Positions 23,288 to 45,348 of a stretch of DNA of 64,000 nucleotides are shown here, one piece after another (the stretch's first letter is position 1; each line of letters opens with the position of its first letter). The stretch lies in the NCBI GenBank assembly GCA_039621445.1, contig CP154954.1:868001-932000 (forward strand), read 5' to 3'. Both the position numbers and the translations under genes were made by a program. This DNA comes from Euglena gracilis. Taxonomy: Eukaryota. The notes under the pieces are model-generated. The model was not told the origin of the DNA and made no database searches. It was given only the letters and a program-made list of their open reading frames with translations.

Positions 23288-26200
23288 TTAATCCAAAGGC
23301 TTCAATTTACGAGCAATTTCACGAGAACGATCAATTCCTTTTTCAAAACCAATAGCAGCCGCACGAGCTCTACCGGCATGCCATAAATGACCAACAAAAA
23401 AGAAGAAAGCTAAAACAAAATGAGATGTTGCCAACCAACTTCTAGGATTAACGAAATTTACAGCATTAATCTCTGTAGCAACACCTCCAACAGAATTTAA
23501 AGACCCTAAAGGAGCATGCGTCATATATTCTGCTGCTCTACGTTCTTGCCAAGGCTGAACATCATTTTTTAACTTATTTAAATCTAAACCATTAGGACCA
23601 CGCAAAGGCTCTAACCAAGGACCACGAAAATCCCAAAAACATAAAGTAGTTTTTCCAAAAATAAAAATTATAAAGAAAATACCCATTTACAAAATGTAAA
23701 AAACGATTTACGTTATACAGCTTTTTTAATATTTCCAAAAAAATTTTCCTGAACAAAACACAAAATGAATAATTTCAACTTAATTTTCATCTTATTAAAG
23801 TAAATAAAAATTTAAAACTAAAATAATTCAAGAATTATCAACCTTAAAAGAAAAATTATAAATTATATGTTTACTCCCATTTTTATTAAAAAGATCGATT
23901 TAACATTATTATTCAATGAAAAAATTTTAATAATTAAAAATCTCCAAACCACGCTTATATTACAAAAAAATAACAAACAAAGTGAAAACGTTATTAAACT
24001 TATAAAAAAACAACAATTAAAAAATAAAGTATATTTACATTAACATATATCAATATCACACGCATAGTTTCACCACCAAAAATGATTTCGCCAGTAGGAG
24101 ACTTCATTAAATAATTAAACTAGAGAAAAACCTGTTAACAAACATTGCAAGACTCAAAGAAGTCAAAATGCTTTGAAAAAAACTATTAATAAAAATCAAA
24201 CTAATTTTTTGTTATAAAGTTTGAATAAAACTAAAACAATATAAAAAACTGATCAATTTTATAAAAAAAAAATAATTACTATTTCAAAATCAATTAAGAT
24301 TTTAAAAATAAAAATTTTATAATCATACATACTAATATTTTTAGCAAAACTTTGAATAAAATTTCAAAAAATTAAATACGATTGCTATAAAAACATCAAA
24401 CATTTTAAACAACGCACTTTACCTAATCCCGTTGGACCTTGTGCAGAAGCTATGTTTGTACCTAAACGTTGGTCACGAATCAAAAATGTAAAAGCTTGAG
24501 CTTGAGATGCTTCAGGGCCTGTTGGACCATAAAATTCACTAGGATATACGGTATTATTAAACCACACCATTGGCACAGCTATAAATCCCATTGTAGCAAC
24601 AGCACCAAGACTATAGGACAAATAAGCTTCACCAGACCAAACGAAAGTACGAACAACCCATGGCGATGGTCTAGAACAAATATGCCAAAATCCTCCTGAA
24701 ACTAAAAGAATTCCAATCCAAATATGGCCACCAATAACATCTTCCATACTGTCAACACTAACGATTCCTAGTAGAAAATACAGTAATGTGATTCCCTAAA
24801 AAAATCGTGCATGCATTTTTCAATGCACACGACTTACAAAATATTATTATAAAATATGTTTAAATAATTTTTAATAATCTTGAACAATTAAAATAAATTA
24901 TTTTTTATTTAAATAATTGAATTTTTAATTCAAAAATAAAATTTGAAAGTTTTCAGAATCGTAAAAATAAAAGTTACAATTATTCTAACTTTGTTTTTTG
25001 TGAAGATTCACAAATCTTAAAATATCAAATTAGCAATAAAAAATAAAATAAAATGATTTATTATAAAAATATAAAATTCATAATGCTAAATTTTTGTTAT
25101 TTCCATACTTTTATTTTAATTATAAAAATGTAAGTTCAAAAAAAAGGCCTAACTTAAAATTGTAAGTAATATTTATTAGAAAGAAGAAAATAAACAAAAT
25201 TAAAAAATTTTATATACAAGGCCCTTAAATTTCCACTTAATTTATAAACCTAAAAATTAAAAATAAAAATTAATTATTTATTAAGTGCTTCATTTTACTA
25301 GAATGTCCCGAAACAAAGTAATATGCTTAATATTAGAATAATAAAAGTTAAAAACTCAAAAAATATGGACTTTTACAAATCGCAACCATCCTTCACCACC
25401 AAAAGGAGATTTTACAAGATAGCCAAATATAATAAAAGGATTTAATGTTGGATTTGTTATTGAACGAACATCACCACCACCGGGTTAAAGTAGACAGTCC
25501 TACTAATACTAGTAGGACTAGTCTCTTATTCAAAACCAAATATGAAATTTTCAAATCTTATGGCTATTAAATTATAAAATGTAAGTAGTTTTATTCCCAA
25601 ATAATAAAAAATATTACCTAAAACTTACAATAAATATAAAGACGATTATTCTTAAATTTAATTCATCCTGATAAAAATCTTTAAAACTTATAAAATAAAT
25701 TATTAAAAACTAAAAAAATTAATTAAATTAGTTACCTAACCCTCCTAGTAAAAATATAAACTATACTTCGTTTTTTTGTTTTTTTTAAGACTTTTTAAAA
25801 TTTTTTCTACATTTAAGCCAAAATACAAATATAATGTTTCAATATAATAAGATTCGACCATATTACAAAATCATAATGTACTTATTAATTTACATTTAAG
25901 TTAACAAAACAATTAAATACAAATAAAATGAATAACCAAAACTTAGCTAGCCTATTTAACAAAATTTTTATTTCTCAAATTTTGAGAAATAAAAAATGAA
26001 ATCCTAAAATAATTAATAACTATTAACAATTAATAAATATCTTTCTAACTCTATTTTACAAAAAACTATAGAAATCAGCCTATAAAAACAAAAATTTTCA
26101 TAAAATTTAAAATATTATAACAATTATACTAACACAAATTTACGAATCGCACGACACCAAGTATCATAAACACCGCCACCATACATAGCTTTCCAAGCAA

Positions 26201-27610
26201 GTAAAAGTGCACCTAAACCTAAATAGGATAGAACAAAAGATATAAACAAATAAGTCTTCCTTTAAACACAACAAAAATTATTTTATTTATTATGCTCAAA
26301 TTACTGATGTAAAAAATAATTAAAATAATTTTTCTTTAAATTAAAGAAAAGCAAAAAAACAAAATGCAATTTTAATCCAAAAGGTAATTTTATCAAATAA
26401 AGATCACTATAATTCAATTATCTTGCTTTTTGAAATATCAAAAAACTTTCAATAATGCATAAAAAAATAATTAATTAGAATTAAAAAATTTTTATAGTTA
26501 AACGTAGCTTTAAAATTCTTTTAATAGTATTATTCTTTAATTATTTTTATTTAATATACTTATTGTTAAATAAAAAACAAGCCTTTTATCGTTAAAATTT
26601 AAATTTATAAAAAATAAATACTTTAAAACCATCATAAAATTAATTGTTATATTAAAATTTTTACCTGCACAAAGCATAAATGAATACCTAAAATTGCAGC
26701 TAATTTTTTCTTACGTTTCCATGTATATCCAAAGAAGCGAAAAGACTCTTCTAAAGTGTCAGGACCTGCTAAAGAATATCGAATAGACTTTTTTTACCAT
26801 TACAAAAAAGCCGTTCATAAAGCCAAGCATGCCTTTTTCAATACACAAGGCTTTAATAAAAATAAAACTTAATAAAAAATTTTTTATTTTTTGCTCTTTT
26901 TAAATATTAGTTTATTAAAACTCGAAAAACTGTGCATTTTTGTATTAAAAAATTAAATACTTTATTTAATATATATAATCGAGAGCAAACTTCTTTTGCA
27001 AAATTTGAGAAAATTAATTGCTTACACGTTCACAATATTGTAAAATGAAATTTTTCTAGTAAGTAAATAAAGGATAATTTTGAGCTTAAAAATAAAATGA
27101 AAGATTAAATATATCGATTTAGCCTTTTTATAAAAGCTTTAATTAGAATAATAGTGTCTCCTATCACAAACTTGTCAAAACTTATCTAAACTACACCAAA
27201 AAGACTTATCTTTCATTTTTAAAAGAACTGCTATTTAATACATCTTTTTTAAACATCTTTTAGAGTGACAAATGATTTGTCATATTAGTAACTAATATAA
27301 TAATAAATACAATATAATGCGATTTAAAAAATTAGAAAAACATCCAAAATATAAAATTACGTGCCGCACGAAATACACCACCAAAACCTAAAACAGCAGA
27401 AGAAATAAGATGAAGAACACCACATACGAAAAAAGGATAAGTATCCAAAACAATTCCATCAAAACCAACGCCAAAACCTAAAGTAGCTAAGTGAGGCAAT
27501 AATATCAATCCTTGTTCATACATAGGTTTTTGTGGAACAAAATGAGCTACTTCAAATAAATTCATAGCGCCAGCCCAAAAAACTATTAAACCAGCGTGAG
27601 CTACATGAGC
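23288..27610 (-). CDS. psbC: CP43, last 7 exons (5' part lost at the fold-back), copy 1
   Basis: [24 protein letters not shown]...; [37 protein letters not shown]...KLKPLD*. Confidence 0.96.
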
Positions 27611-27752
27611 TTAATTTAGTAAATAATCACTAATTTAATTAAACTACTAACAAATTATAAATAAAAATTTTTTAATTTTTATTTAATTTATAAAGGCTAA
27701 AAAATTTACCTAAGAACAAAACTTAAAAAGAAAATAAAATTTCATGAAAAAA

Positions 27753-28400
27753 CTAGATACATTTCATTCCACAATGAACACAAAAATATAAATTGATTTT
27801 GTTAAAAAAATTAATGGATTCAGATAAAAAAGTCAAGTGACCAAAAGAAAAACAATTTAAAATATGAAAGTTATATTTTTTTGATACAGTATTGAACGAT
27901 TCAGAAACTAAAAAAGATTTAAATAATAATCGTTTAGAAGAATAAAAATCTTGTTTAGATTCTGAATTAAAAGCAGAGAAAGCGTGTTTTTTTACAAAAA
28001 AAAGTGAATATGATAAACTTCTTAAATCCGAATATTTGTGATACTCTCTCCAATTCTTTATTACTGGATATAACTTAGAGGCTTTAACGACAGAACCATA
28101 ATTTGAATTGTTAACTATTCTTTTAACTCGATTAAGGAAAAATTGATAATTATTAAGGCTAGGAATTGCAGAAATACCATTTTTAACTTTTTCCGAAAAT
28201 TTAAAATGCCAACCTAAAAAATCAAAACCCTTAGTGTTGGATACAAGTAAAAATTTAGAAGAATTCTTTTTTATACCTAGAGTATAAAGTAAAGAGAGAA
28301 TTTGATTTGCAAGTATTTTTTCATTATCCATGGGTCGTAAAAAAAATAACATATAATAACCATAGCGCACACAGTATGAACGTTTTCAACTCCTTTAACT
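27753..28400 (-). CDS. ycf13: Intron-encoded maturase-like protein Ycf13/Mat1, C-terminal part (RT5-RT7, domain X), in a psbC intron
   Basis: VRYGYY at the YADD position, KGFDFLGWHF (RT7), KLYPVIKNWREYH (domain X); stop is ~140 nt upstream of a psbC exon. Confidence 0.88.
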
Positions 28401-28521
28401 AACGCGAGGTTTAATAACCTCTATCTGACCCATGGATTATGTTAAATGGAGTTGAAAATCCCCTAATTACTCCTTTTTGCCCGTCTTTTTATCTCTCTCC
28501 CCCCCCCCGCGTCGTCTGCCC

Positions 28522-29135
28522 CGCTATGGTTATTATATGTTATTTTTTTTTTTTTTTATGGATAATGAAAAAATACTTGCAAATCAAATTCTCTCTTTAC
28601 TTTATACGCGAGGTATAAAAAGAATTCTTCTAAATTTTTACTTGTATCCAACACTAAGGGTTTTGATTTTTTAGGTTGGCATTTTAAATTTTCGGAAAAA
28701 GTTAAAAATGGTATTTCTGCAATTCCTAGCCTTAATAATTATCAATTTTTCCTTAATCGAGTTAAAAGAATAGTTAACAATTCAAATTATGGTTCTGTCG
28801 TTAAAGCCTCTAAGTTATATCCAGTAATAAAGAATTGGAGAGAGTATCACAAATATTCGGATTTAAGAAGTTTATCATATTCACTTTTTTTTGTAAAAAA
28901 ACACGCTTTCTCTGCTTTTAATTCAGAATCTAAACAAGATTTTTATTCTTCTAAACGATTATTATTTAAATCTTTTTTAGTTTCTGAATCGTTCAATACT
29001 GTATCAAAAAAATATAACTTTCATATTTTAAATTGTTTTTCTTTTGGTCACTTGACTTTTTTATCTGAATCCATTAATTTTTTTAACAAAATCAATTTAT
29101 ATTTTTGTGTTCATTGTGGAATGAAATGTATCTAG
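28522..29135 (+). CDS. ycf13: Mirror copy of the ycf13 C-terminal part, frameshifted near 28620
   Basis: Reverse complement of 27753..28366 with a T-run substitution and one A missing. Confidence 0.85.
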
Positions 29136-29277
29136 TTTTTTCATGAAATTTTATTTTCTTTTTAAGTTTTGTTCTTAGGTAAATTTTTTAGCCTTTATAA
29201 ATTAAATAAAAATTAAAAAATTTTTATTTATAATTTGTTAGTAGTTTAATTAAATTAGTGATTATTTACTAAATTAA

Positions 29278-32200
29278 GCTCATGTAGCTCACGCTGGTTT
29301 AATAGTTTTTTGGGCTGGCGCTATGAATTTATTTGAAGTAGCTCATTTTGTTCCACAAAAACCTATGTATGAACAAGGATTGATATTATTGCCTCACTTA
29401 GCTACTTTAGGTTTTGGCGTTGGTTTTGATGGAATTGTTTTGGATACTTATCCTTTTTTCGTATGTGGTGTTCTTCATCTTATTTCTTCTGCTGTTTTAG
29501 GTTTTGGTGGTGTATTTCGTGCGGCACGTAATTTTATATTTTGGATGTTTTTCTAATTTTTTAAATCGCATTATATTGTATTTATTATTATATTAGTTAC
29601 TAATATGACAAATCATTTGTCACTCTAAAAGATGTTTAAAAAAGATGTATTAAATAGCAGTTCTTTTAAAAATGAAAGATAAGTCTTTTATTTTTAGTTT
29701 AGATAAGTTTTGACAAGTTTGTGATAGGAGACACTATTATTCTAATTAAAGCTTTTATAAAAAGGCTAAATCGATATATTTAATCTTGCATTTTATTTTT
29801 AAGCTCAAAATTATCCTTTATTTACTTACTAGAAAAATTTCATTTTACAATATTGTGAACGTGTAAGCAATTAATTTTCTCAAATTTTGCAAAAGAAGTT
29901 TGCTCTCGATTATATATATTAAATAAAGTATTTAATTTTTTAATACAAAAATGCACAGTTTTTCGAGTTTTAATAAACTAATATTTAAAAAGAGCAAAAA
30001 ATAAAAAATTTTTTATTAAGTTTTATTTTTATTAAAGCCTTGTGTATTGAAAAAGGCATGCTTGGCTTTATGAACGGCTTTTTTGTAATGGTAAAAAAAG
30101 TCTATTCGATATTCTTTAGCAGGTCCTGACACTTTAGAAGAGTCTTTTCGCTTCTTTGGATATACATGGAAACGTAAGAAAAAATTAGCTGCAATTTTAG
30201 GTATTCATTTATGCTTTGTGCAGGTAAAAATTTTAATATAACAATTAATTTTATGATGGTTTTAAAGTATTTATTTTTTATAAATTTAAATTTTAACGGT
30301 TTGTTGCTTGTTTTTTATTTAACAATAAGTATATTAAATAAAAATAATTAAAGAATAATACTATTAAAAGAATTTTAAAGCTACGTTTAACTATAAAAAT
30401 TTTTTAATTCTAATTAATTATTTTTTATGCATTATTGAAAGTTTTTTGATATTTCAAAAAGCAAGATAATTGAATTATAGTGATCTTTATTTGATAAAAT
30501 TACCTTTTGGATTAAAATTGCATTTTGTTTTTTTGCTTTTCTTTAATTTAAAGAAAAATTATTTTAATTATTTTTTACATCAGTAATTTGAGCATAATAA
30601 ATAAAATAATTTTTGTTGTGTTTAAAGGAAGACTTATTTGTTTATATCTTTTGTTCTATCCTATTTAGGTTTAGGTGCACTTTTACTTGCTTGGAAAGCT
30701 ATGTATGGTGGCGGTGTTTATGATACTTGGTGTCGTGCGATTCGTAAATTTGTGTTAGTATAATTGTTATAATATTTTAAATTTTATGAAAATTTTTGTT
30801 TTTATAGGCTGATTTCTATAGTTTTTTGTAAAATAGAGTTAGAAAGATATTTATTAATTGTTAATAGTTATTAATTATTTTAGGATTTCATTTTTTATTT
30901 CTCAAAATTTGAGAAATAAAAATTTTGTTAAATAGGCTAGCTAAGTTTTGGTTATTCATTTTATTTGTATTTAATTGTTTTGTTAACTTAAATGTAAATT
31001 AATAAGTACATTATGATTTTGTAATATGGTCGAATCTTATTATATTGAAACATTATATTTGTATTTTGGCTTAAATGTAGAAAAAATTTTAAAAAGTCTT
31101 AAAAAAAACAAAAAAACGAAGTATAGTTTATATTTTTACTAGGAGGGTTAGGTAACTAATTTAATTAATTTTTTTAGTTTTTAATAATTTATTTTATAAG
31201 TTTTAAAGATTTTTATCAGGATGAATTAAATTTAAGAATAATCGTCTTTATATTTATTGTAAGTTTTAGGTAATATTTTTTATTATTTGGGAATAAAACT
31301 ACTTACATTTTATAATTTAATAGCCATAAGATTTGAAAATTTCATATTTGGTTTTGAATAAGAGACTAGTCCTACTAGTATTAGTAGGACTGTCTACTTT
31401 AACCCGGTGGTGGTGATGTTCGTTCAATAACAAATCCAACATTAAATCCTTTTATTATATTTGGCTATCTTGTAAAATCTCCTTTTGGTGGTGAAGGATG
31501 GTTGCGATTTGTAAAAGTCCATATTTTTTGAGTTTTTAACTTTTATTATTCTAATATTAAGCATATTACTTTGTTTCGGGACATTCTAGTAAAATGAAGC
31601 ACTTAATAAATAATTAATTTTTATTTTTAATTTTTAGGTTTATAAATTAAGTGGAAATTTAAGGGCCTTGTATATAAAATTTTTTAATTTTGTTTATTTT
31701 CTTCTTTCTAATAAATATTACTTACAATTTTAAGTTAGGCCTTTTTTTTGAACTTACATTTTTATAATTAAAATAAAAGTATGGAAATAACAAAAATTTA
31801 GCATTATGAATTTTATATTTTTATAATAAATCATTTTATTTTATTTTTTATTGCTAATTTGATATTTTAAGATTTGTGAATCTTCACAAAAAACAAAGTT
31901 AGAATAATTGTAACTTTTATTTTTACGATTCTGAAAACTTTCAAATTTTATTTTTGAATTAAAAATTCAATTATTTAAATAAAAAATAATTTATTTTAAT
32001 TGTTCAAGATTATTAAAAATTATTTTAAACATAATTTATAATAATATTTTGTAAGTCGTGTGCATTGAAAAATGCATGCACGATTTTTTTAGGGAATCAC
32101 ATTACTGTATTTTCTACTAGGAATCGTTAGTGTTGACAGTATGGAAGATGTTATTGGTGGCCATATTTGGATTGGAATTCTTTTAGTTTCAGGAGGATTT

Positions 32201-33603
32201 TGGCATATTTGTTCTAGACCATCGCCATGGGTTGTTCGTACTTTCGTTTGGTCTGGTGAAGCTTATTTGTCCTATAGTCTTGGTGCTGTTGCTACAATGG
32301 GATTTATAGCTGTGCCAATGGTGTGGTTTAATAATACCGTATATCCTAGTGAATTTTATGGTCCAACAGGCCCTGAAGCATCTCAAGCTCAAGCTTTTAC
32401 ATTTTTGATTCGTGACCAACGTTTAGGTACAAACATAGCTTCTGCACAAGGTCCAACGGGATTAGGTAAAGTGCGTTGTTTAAAATGTTTGATGTTTTTA
32501 TAGCAATCGTATTTAATTTTTTGAAATTTTATTCAAAGTTTTGCTAAAAATATATTAGGATGTATGATGATAAAATTTTTATTTTTAAAATCTTAATTGA
32601 TTTTGAAATAGTAATTATTTTTTTTTATAAAATTGATCAGTTTTTTATATTGTTTTAGTTTTATTCAAACTTTATAACAAAAAATTAGTTTGATTTTTAT
32701 TAATAGTTTTTTTCAAAGCATTTTGACTTCTTTGAGTCTTGCAATGTTTGTTAACAGGTTTTTCTCTAGTTTAATTATTTAATGAAGTCTCCTACTGGCG
32801 AAATCATTTTTGGTGGTGAAACTATGCGTGTGATATTGATATATGTTAATGTAAATATACTTTATTTTTTAATTGTTGTTTTTTTATAAGTTTAATAACG
32901 TTTTCACTTTGTTTGTTATTTTTTTTGTAATATAAGCGTGGTTTGGAGATTTTTAATTATTAAAATTTTTTCATTGAATAATAATGTTAAATCGATCTTT
33001 TTAATAAAAATGGGAGTAAACATATAATTTATAATTTTTCTTTTAAGGTTGATAATTCTTGAATTATTTTAGTTTTAAATTTTTATTTACTTTAATAAGA
33101 TGAAAATTAAGTTGAAATTATTCATTTTGTGTTTTGTTCAGGAAAATTTTTTTTGGAAATATTAAAAAAGCTGTATAACGTAAATCGTTTTTTACATTTT
33201 GTAAATGGGTATTTTCTTTATAATTTTTATTTTTGGAAAAACTACTTTATGTTTTTGGGATTTTCGTGGTCCTTGGTTAGAGCCTTTGCGTGGTCCTAAT
33301 GGTTTAGATTTAAATAAGTTAAAAAATGATGTTCAGCCTTGGCAAGAACGTAGAGCAGCAGAATATATGACGCATGCTCCTTTAGGGTCTTTAAATTCTG
33401 TTGGAGGTGTTGCTACAGAGATTAATGCTGTAAATTTCGTTAATCCTAGAAGTTGGTTGGCAACATCTCATTTTGTTTTAGCTTTCTTCTTTTTTGTTGG
33501 TCATTTATGGCATGCCGGTAGAGCTCGTGCGGCTGCTATTGGTTTTGAAAAAGGAATTGATCGTTCTCGTGAAATTGCTCGTAAATTGAAGCCTTTGGAT
33601 TAA
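29278..33603 (+). CDS. psbC: CP43, last 7 exons, copy 2: ~29278-29518, 30111-30217, 30665-30734, 31404-31501, 32123-32470, 32776-32827, 33251-33603
   Basis: Exons join in frame; six group II introns starting GTGCG/GTGCA/TTGCG/GTGTG; boundaries +/-2 nt. Confidence 0.95.
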
Positions 33604-33661
33604 ATTTTGTAATTTAAATATAAGTTAAAAATAATTTATATTTAATTTGTGTGTTTTAAAT

Positions 33662-33743
33662 GCCTTCGTGGTGAAATGGTAGACACTCATGACTTAAAAT
33701 CATGTGCTTATAAAGCGTACCGGTTCAACTCCGGTCGAAGGTA
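33662..33743 (+). tRNA. trnL: tRNA-Leu(UAA), copy 2
   Basis: Reverse complement of 23148..23229. Confidence 0.93.
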
Positions 33744-33829
33744 TATATAATAAAATATTTAATTTTTTATGTTATAATTTTATCAACAGTCGCGTTTGCG
33801 ACTGGGAGATTAATTTAATTAATTTATTG

Positions 33830-36237
<2,408 letters not shown>

Positions 36238-36322
36238 GCTGTAGGCGTTGCTCACTATTTATTAGGTGGAATTGCTACAACTTGGTCGTTTTTTTTTAGC
36301 AAGAATAATTTCAGTAGGATAA
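36238..36322 (+). pseudogene. psaA: 3' fragment of the last psaA exon fused to psbA intron 4
   Basis: [19 protein letters not shown]...RIISVG*; reverse complement of 3361..3444 with one extra T. Confidence 0.92.
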
Positions 36323-36333
36323 TTATATCTTAA

Positions 36334-41813
<5,480 letters not shown>

Positions 41814-41897
41814 TAAAAATTTTTTACTTATTATTTGTTAATTAATGATTTTAGAATATAGTAATTGTTATGTTTTATTTTTAAAGGGAAATTTAAT

Positions 41898-42819
41898 ATG
41901 GCAGGCTCAACAGGAGAACGTCCTTTTTCTGATATTGTGCGCGTTGGAATATACATTTTTTATTATCAAATATTTTATTAATATCCTTTGAGATAAACGT
42001 GTAAGTTTAATAAGTAAAATTCTTTTTTGATCTTTTTTTATTATCTTATTATTTAGTTTATATAATTTTTGAAATAATTTTTTAAGTATTTCCTTGAAAG
42101 TTTAACAATAATTATTACTATTTTTTAGTTTTTTAAAAGTAAATCTCAACATTGTTTATTTTTTTATATAAGTAAAATAAAATTTGTTTTATATTTTTTA
42201 ATTTTATTTTAAATTTTCAATCCGTATACAGCTCAAGTGTATTTGTTTGTACGGTTTTGGTATGAGCTTTGGAAGTTTAATTTCATATTACTAGTATTCG
42301 TTATTGGGTAATTCATGTGTGTATTTTCTTAATATTAAATGTTTTAAAAATTTTAATAATCAAATGTTTTTCTTGTGAATGAAATAAATTGCAGATTATT
42401 TTTGATTTTACTTAACAAAAAAATTTTTTATTTTTATATTTTTGCACCTAAATAATACGTGTTTATTTTAGGGATTTTTTATTTTATATTTTGTTTACTA
42501 AATTTTAATATTTTGTAAAACTGTTATTTATTTTGTTTGGTTTTCCTTAGATAACAGAAGATTATTTTATTATAAGCTGTTTTTGTATAGTTCATTCCAA
42601 CAGTTTTTAAACAAAAACTTTTTCTATTGTTTTTAGTTTTATAGTGTAACTATACCGTCATTATTTGTTGGAGGTTGGATTTTTGTAAGCACGGGAATTG
42701 TTTATGACATTTTTGGTACACCTCGTCCAAGCGAATATTTTACAGAAACAAGACAACAAGCTCCTTTAATTTCTGATCGTTTCAATGCTTTAGAACAAAT
42801 GGATCAATTTACTAAATAA
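41898..42819 (+). CDS. psbE: Cytochrome b559 alpha; introns 41937-42286 (350 nt) and 42317-42642 (326 nt)
   Basis: [41 protein letters not shown]...[10 protein letters not shown]...QFTK*. Confidence 0.96.
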
Positions 42820-42824
42820 AATTT

Positions 42825-43993
<1,169 letters not shown>

Positions 43994-44100
43994 CCTTTAA
44001 AATTTTGTTAAAATAAAGTGTAAAGTTTTGTTTAAAGTTATACTTTTTTATATTTTTTAATCTAAGGTTTAACATATTTTTTTATTATAAATTATTTATT

Positions 44101-44216
44101 ATGGCACAAACAAATTCAAATAAAAAACAGTCGAATTAAATAGGACAAGTTTATACTGGGGACTATTATTAATTTTTGTTTTGGCTGTTCTATTTTCTAG
44201 TTATATCTTTAATTAG
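44101..44216 (+). CDS. psbL: Photosystem II protein L (one A missing in this copy)
   Basis: MAQTNSNKK[T][28 protein letters not shown]; 116 nt here, 117 nt in the mirror copy. Confidence 0.93.
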
Positions 44217-44304
44217 TTATTATTAATTAAAGTCTGCTTCTTGAAGCAAATATTTTTGTAGTATTTTTTTTTAACATTTTTTTATTATTTTGGGAGAAAT
44301 ATTT

Positions 44305-44433
44305 ATGTCTAATTCAGAAAATACAGGTAGAATTCCACTTTGGTTAGTTCTTACAATAATCGGTTTAGCAGCGATTGCACTTCTTGCTCTTTTTTTTTAT
44401 GGCTCTTATTCGGGTTTAGGTTCTTCTTTATAA
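44305..44433 (+). CDS. psbJ: Photosystem II protein J
   Basis: [42 protein letters not shown]. Confidence 0.96.
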   Translation: MSNSENTGRIPLWLVLTIIGLAAIALLALFFYGSYSGLGSSL

Positions 44434-44473
44434 GTTTTTTATAATACTTTTATATTCTTAATATATATTTTAG

Positions 44474-44505
44474 TTTATTCGGTAATTAATATATTATCGA
44501 ATAAA
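44474..44505 (+). terminator. Stem-loop after psbJ
   Basis: TTTATTCGGTAAT-6 nt-ATTATCGAATAAA, 13 bp with one G-U pair, followed by T-run; function inferred. Confidence 0.55.
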
Positions 44506-44581
44506 TTTTTCTAAATTTTTATAATTTAAAAAAGGTTATTATTTCCTTGTTTTTTTTTTGTTAGTATTTTGTTTACTTTAT

Positions 44582-45194
44582 ATGTTTTATTTTATTTCTA
44601 GAAAATTTTATGATCAGTTTAAGTATGGGTGTGTTCTTATATTTTTTTTTTATAATATATTTATTTATTTTTTTTTTTAATGTTAATTTTTTTTTGAATA
44701 TTTATAAATACTTTTGATTTTTTTTTAAATCTCAAATTTTGACCGATAAGACTAATAAACTTTTAAAAAATAATGTTTATACTTTTGATGTTGATATACA
44801 AATGTTTTGAATGTTTATAGTAGCTGTATTTTTAGTTTGTAGTTTTATATTATAAAAAATTTTAATTAATTACTTTTATTTTTTTTAGTATTTTATAACT
44901 TCATAAGTAAAAGGCAATTTAAAGATCTTATTGAAACTGCTTTTAGTGTTAAAATTACTTCAGTTAATAGCTATGTAAAATCTAGTAAATATTATCGTTC
45001 AAATAATTTTGAGGGTATGAAAAAATATTATAAAAGAATGTTTATTAAATTAGTGAGATTATATTATTATATTATATTGGGAAATAAATATAACTTTTGT
45101 TTTCAATTAATTCTTTTTTGTTTAATTTCTTTTAAGGATTTTAATCAATTTATATAATGACTTAGAAACAATTCCTTTTTTTTCTTGTCTCTAG
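44582..45194 (+). CDS. rpl23: Ribosomal protein L23; group III introns ~44629-44734, 44805-44905, 45053-45155
   Basis: Spliced ...KYGILTDKTNKLLKNNVYTFDVDIQM-SKRQFKDLIETAFSVKITSVNS...YKRMFIKL-NDLETIPFFSCL*; introns start GTGTG/TTTTG/GTGAG. Confidence 0.88.
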
Positions 45195-45348
45195 TTAATT
45201 TTTATTGTTTTAGTAGTGGCATTTATAGGTGAGTTTTACTTTATTTGTTTAAAAATAATTTAGTTTTTTATTTTTAACCTAAAATTTTTTAATTCTAATT
45301 TTTTCGATGTATTTAGTATATACTTTAATAGTTTACTAATTTTTTAAT

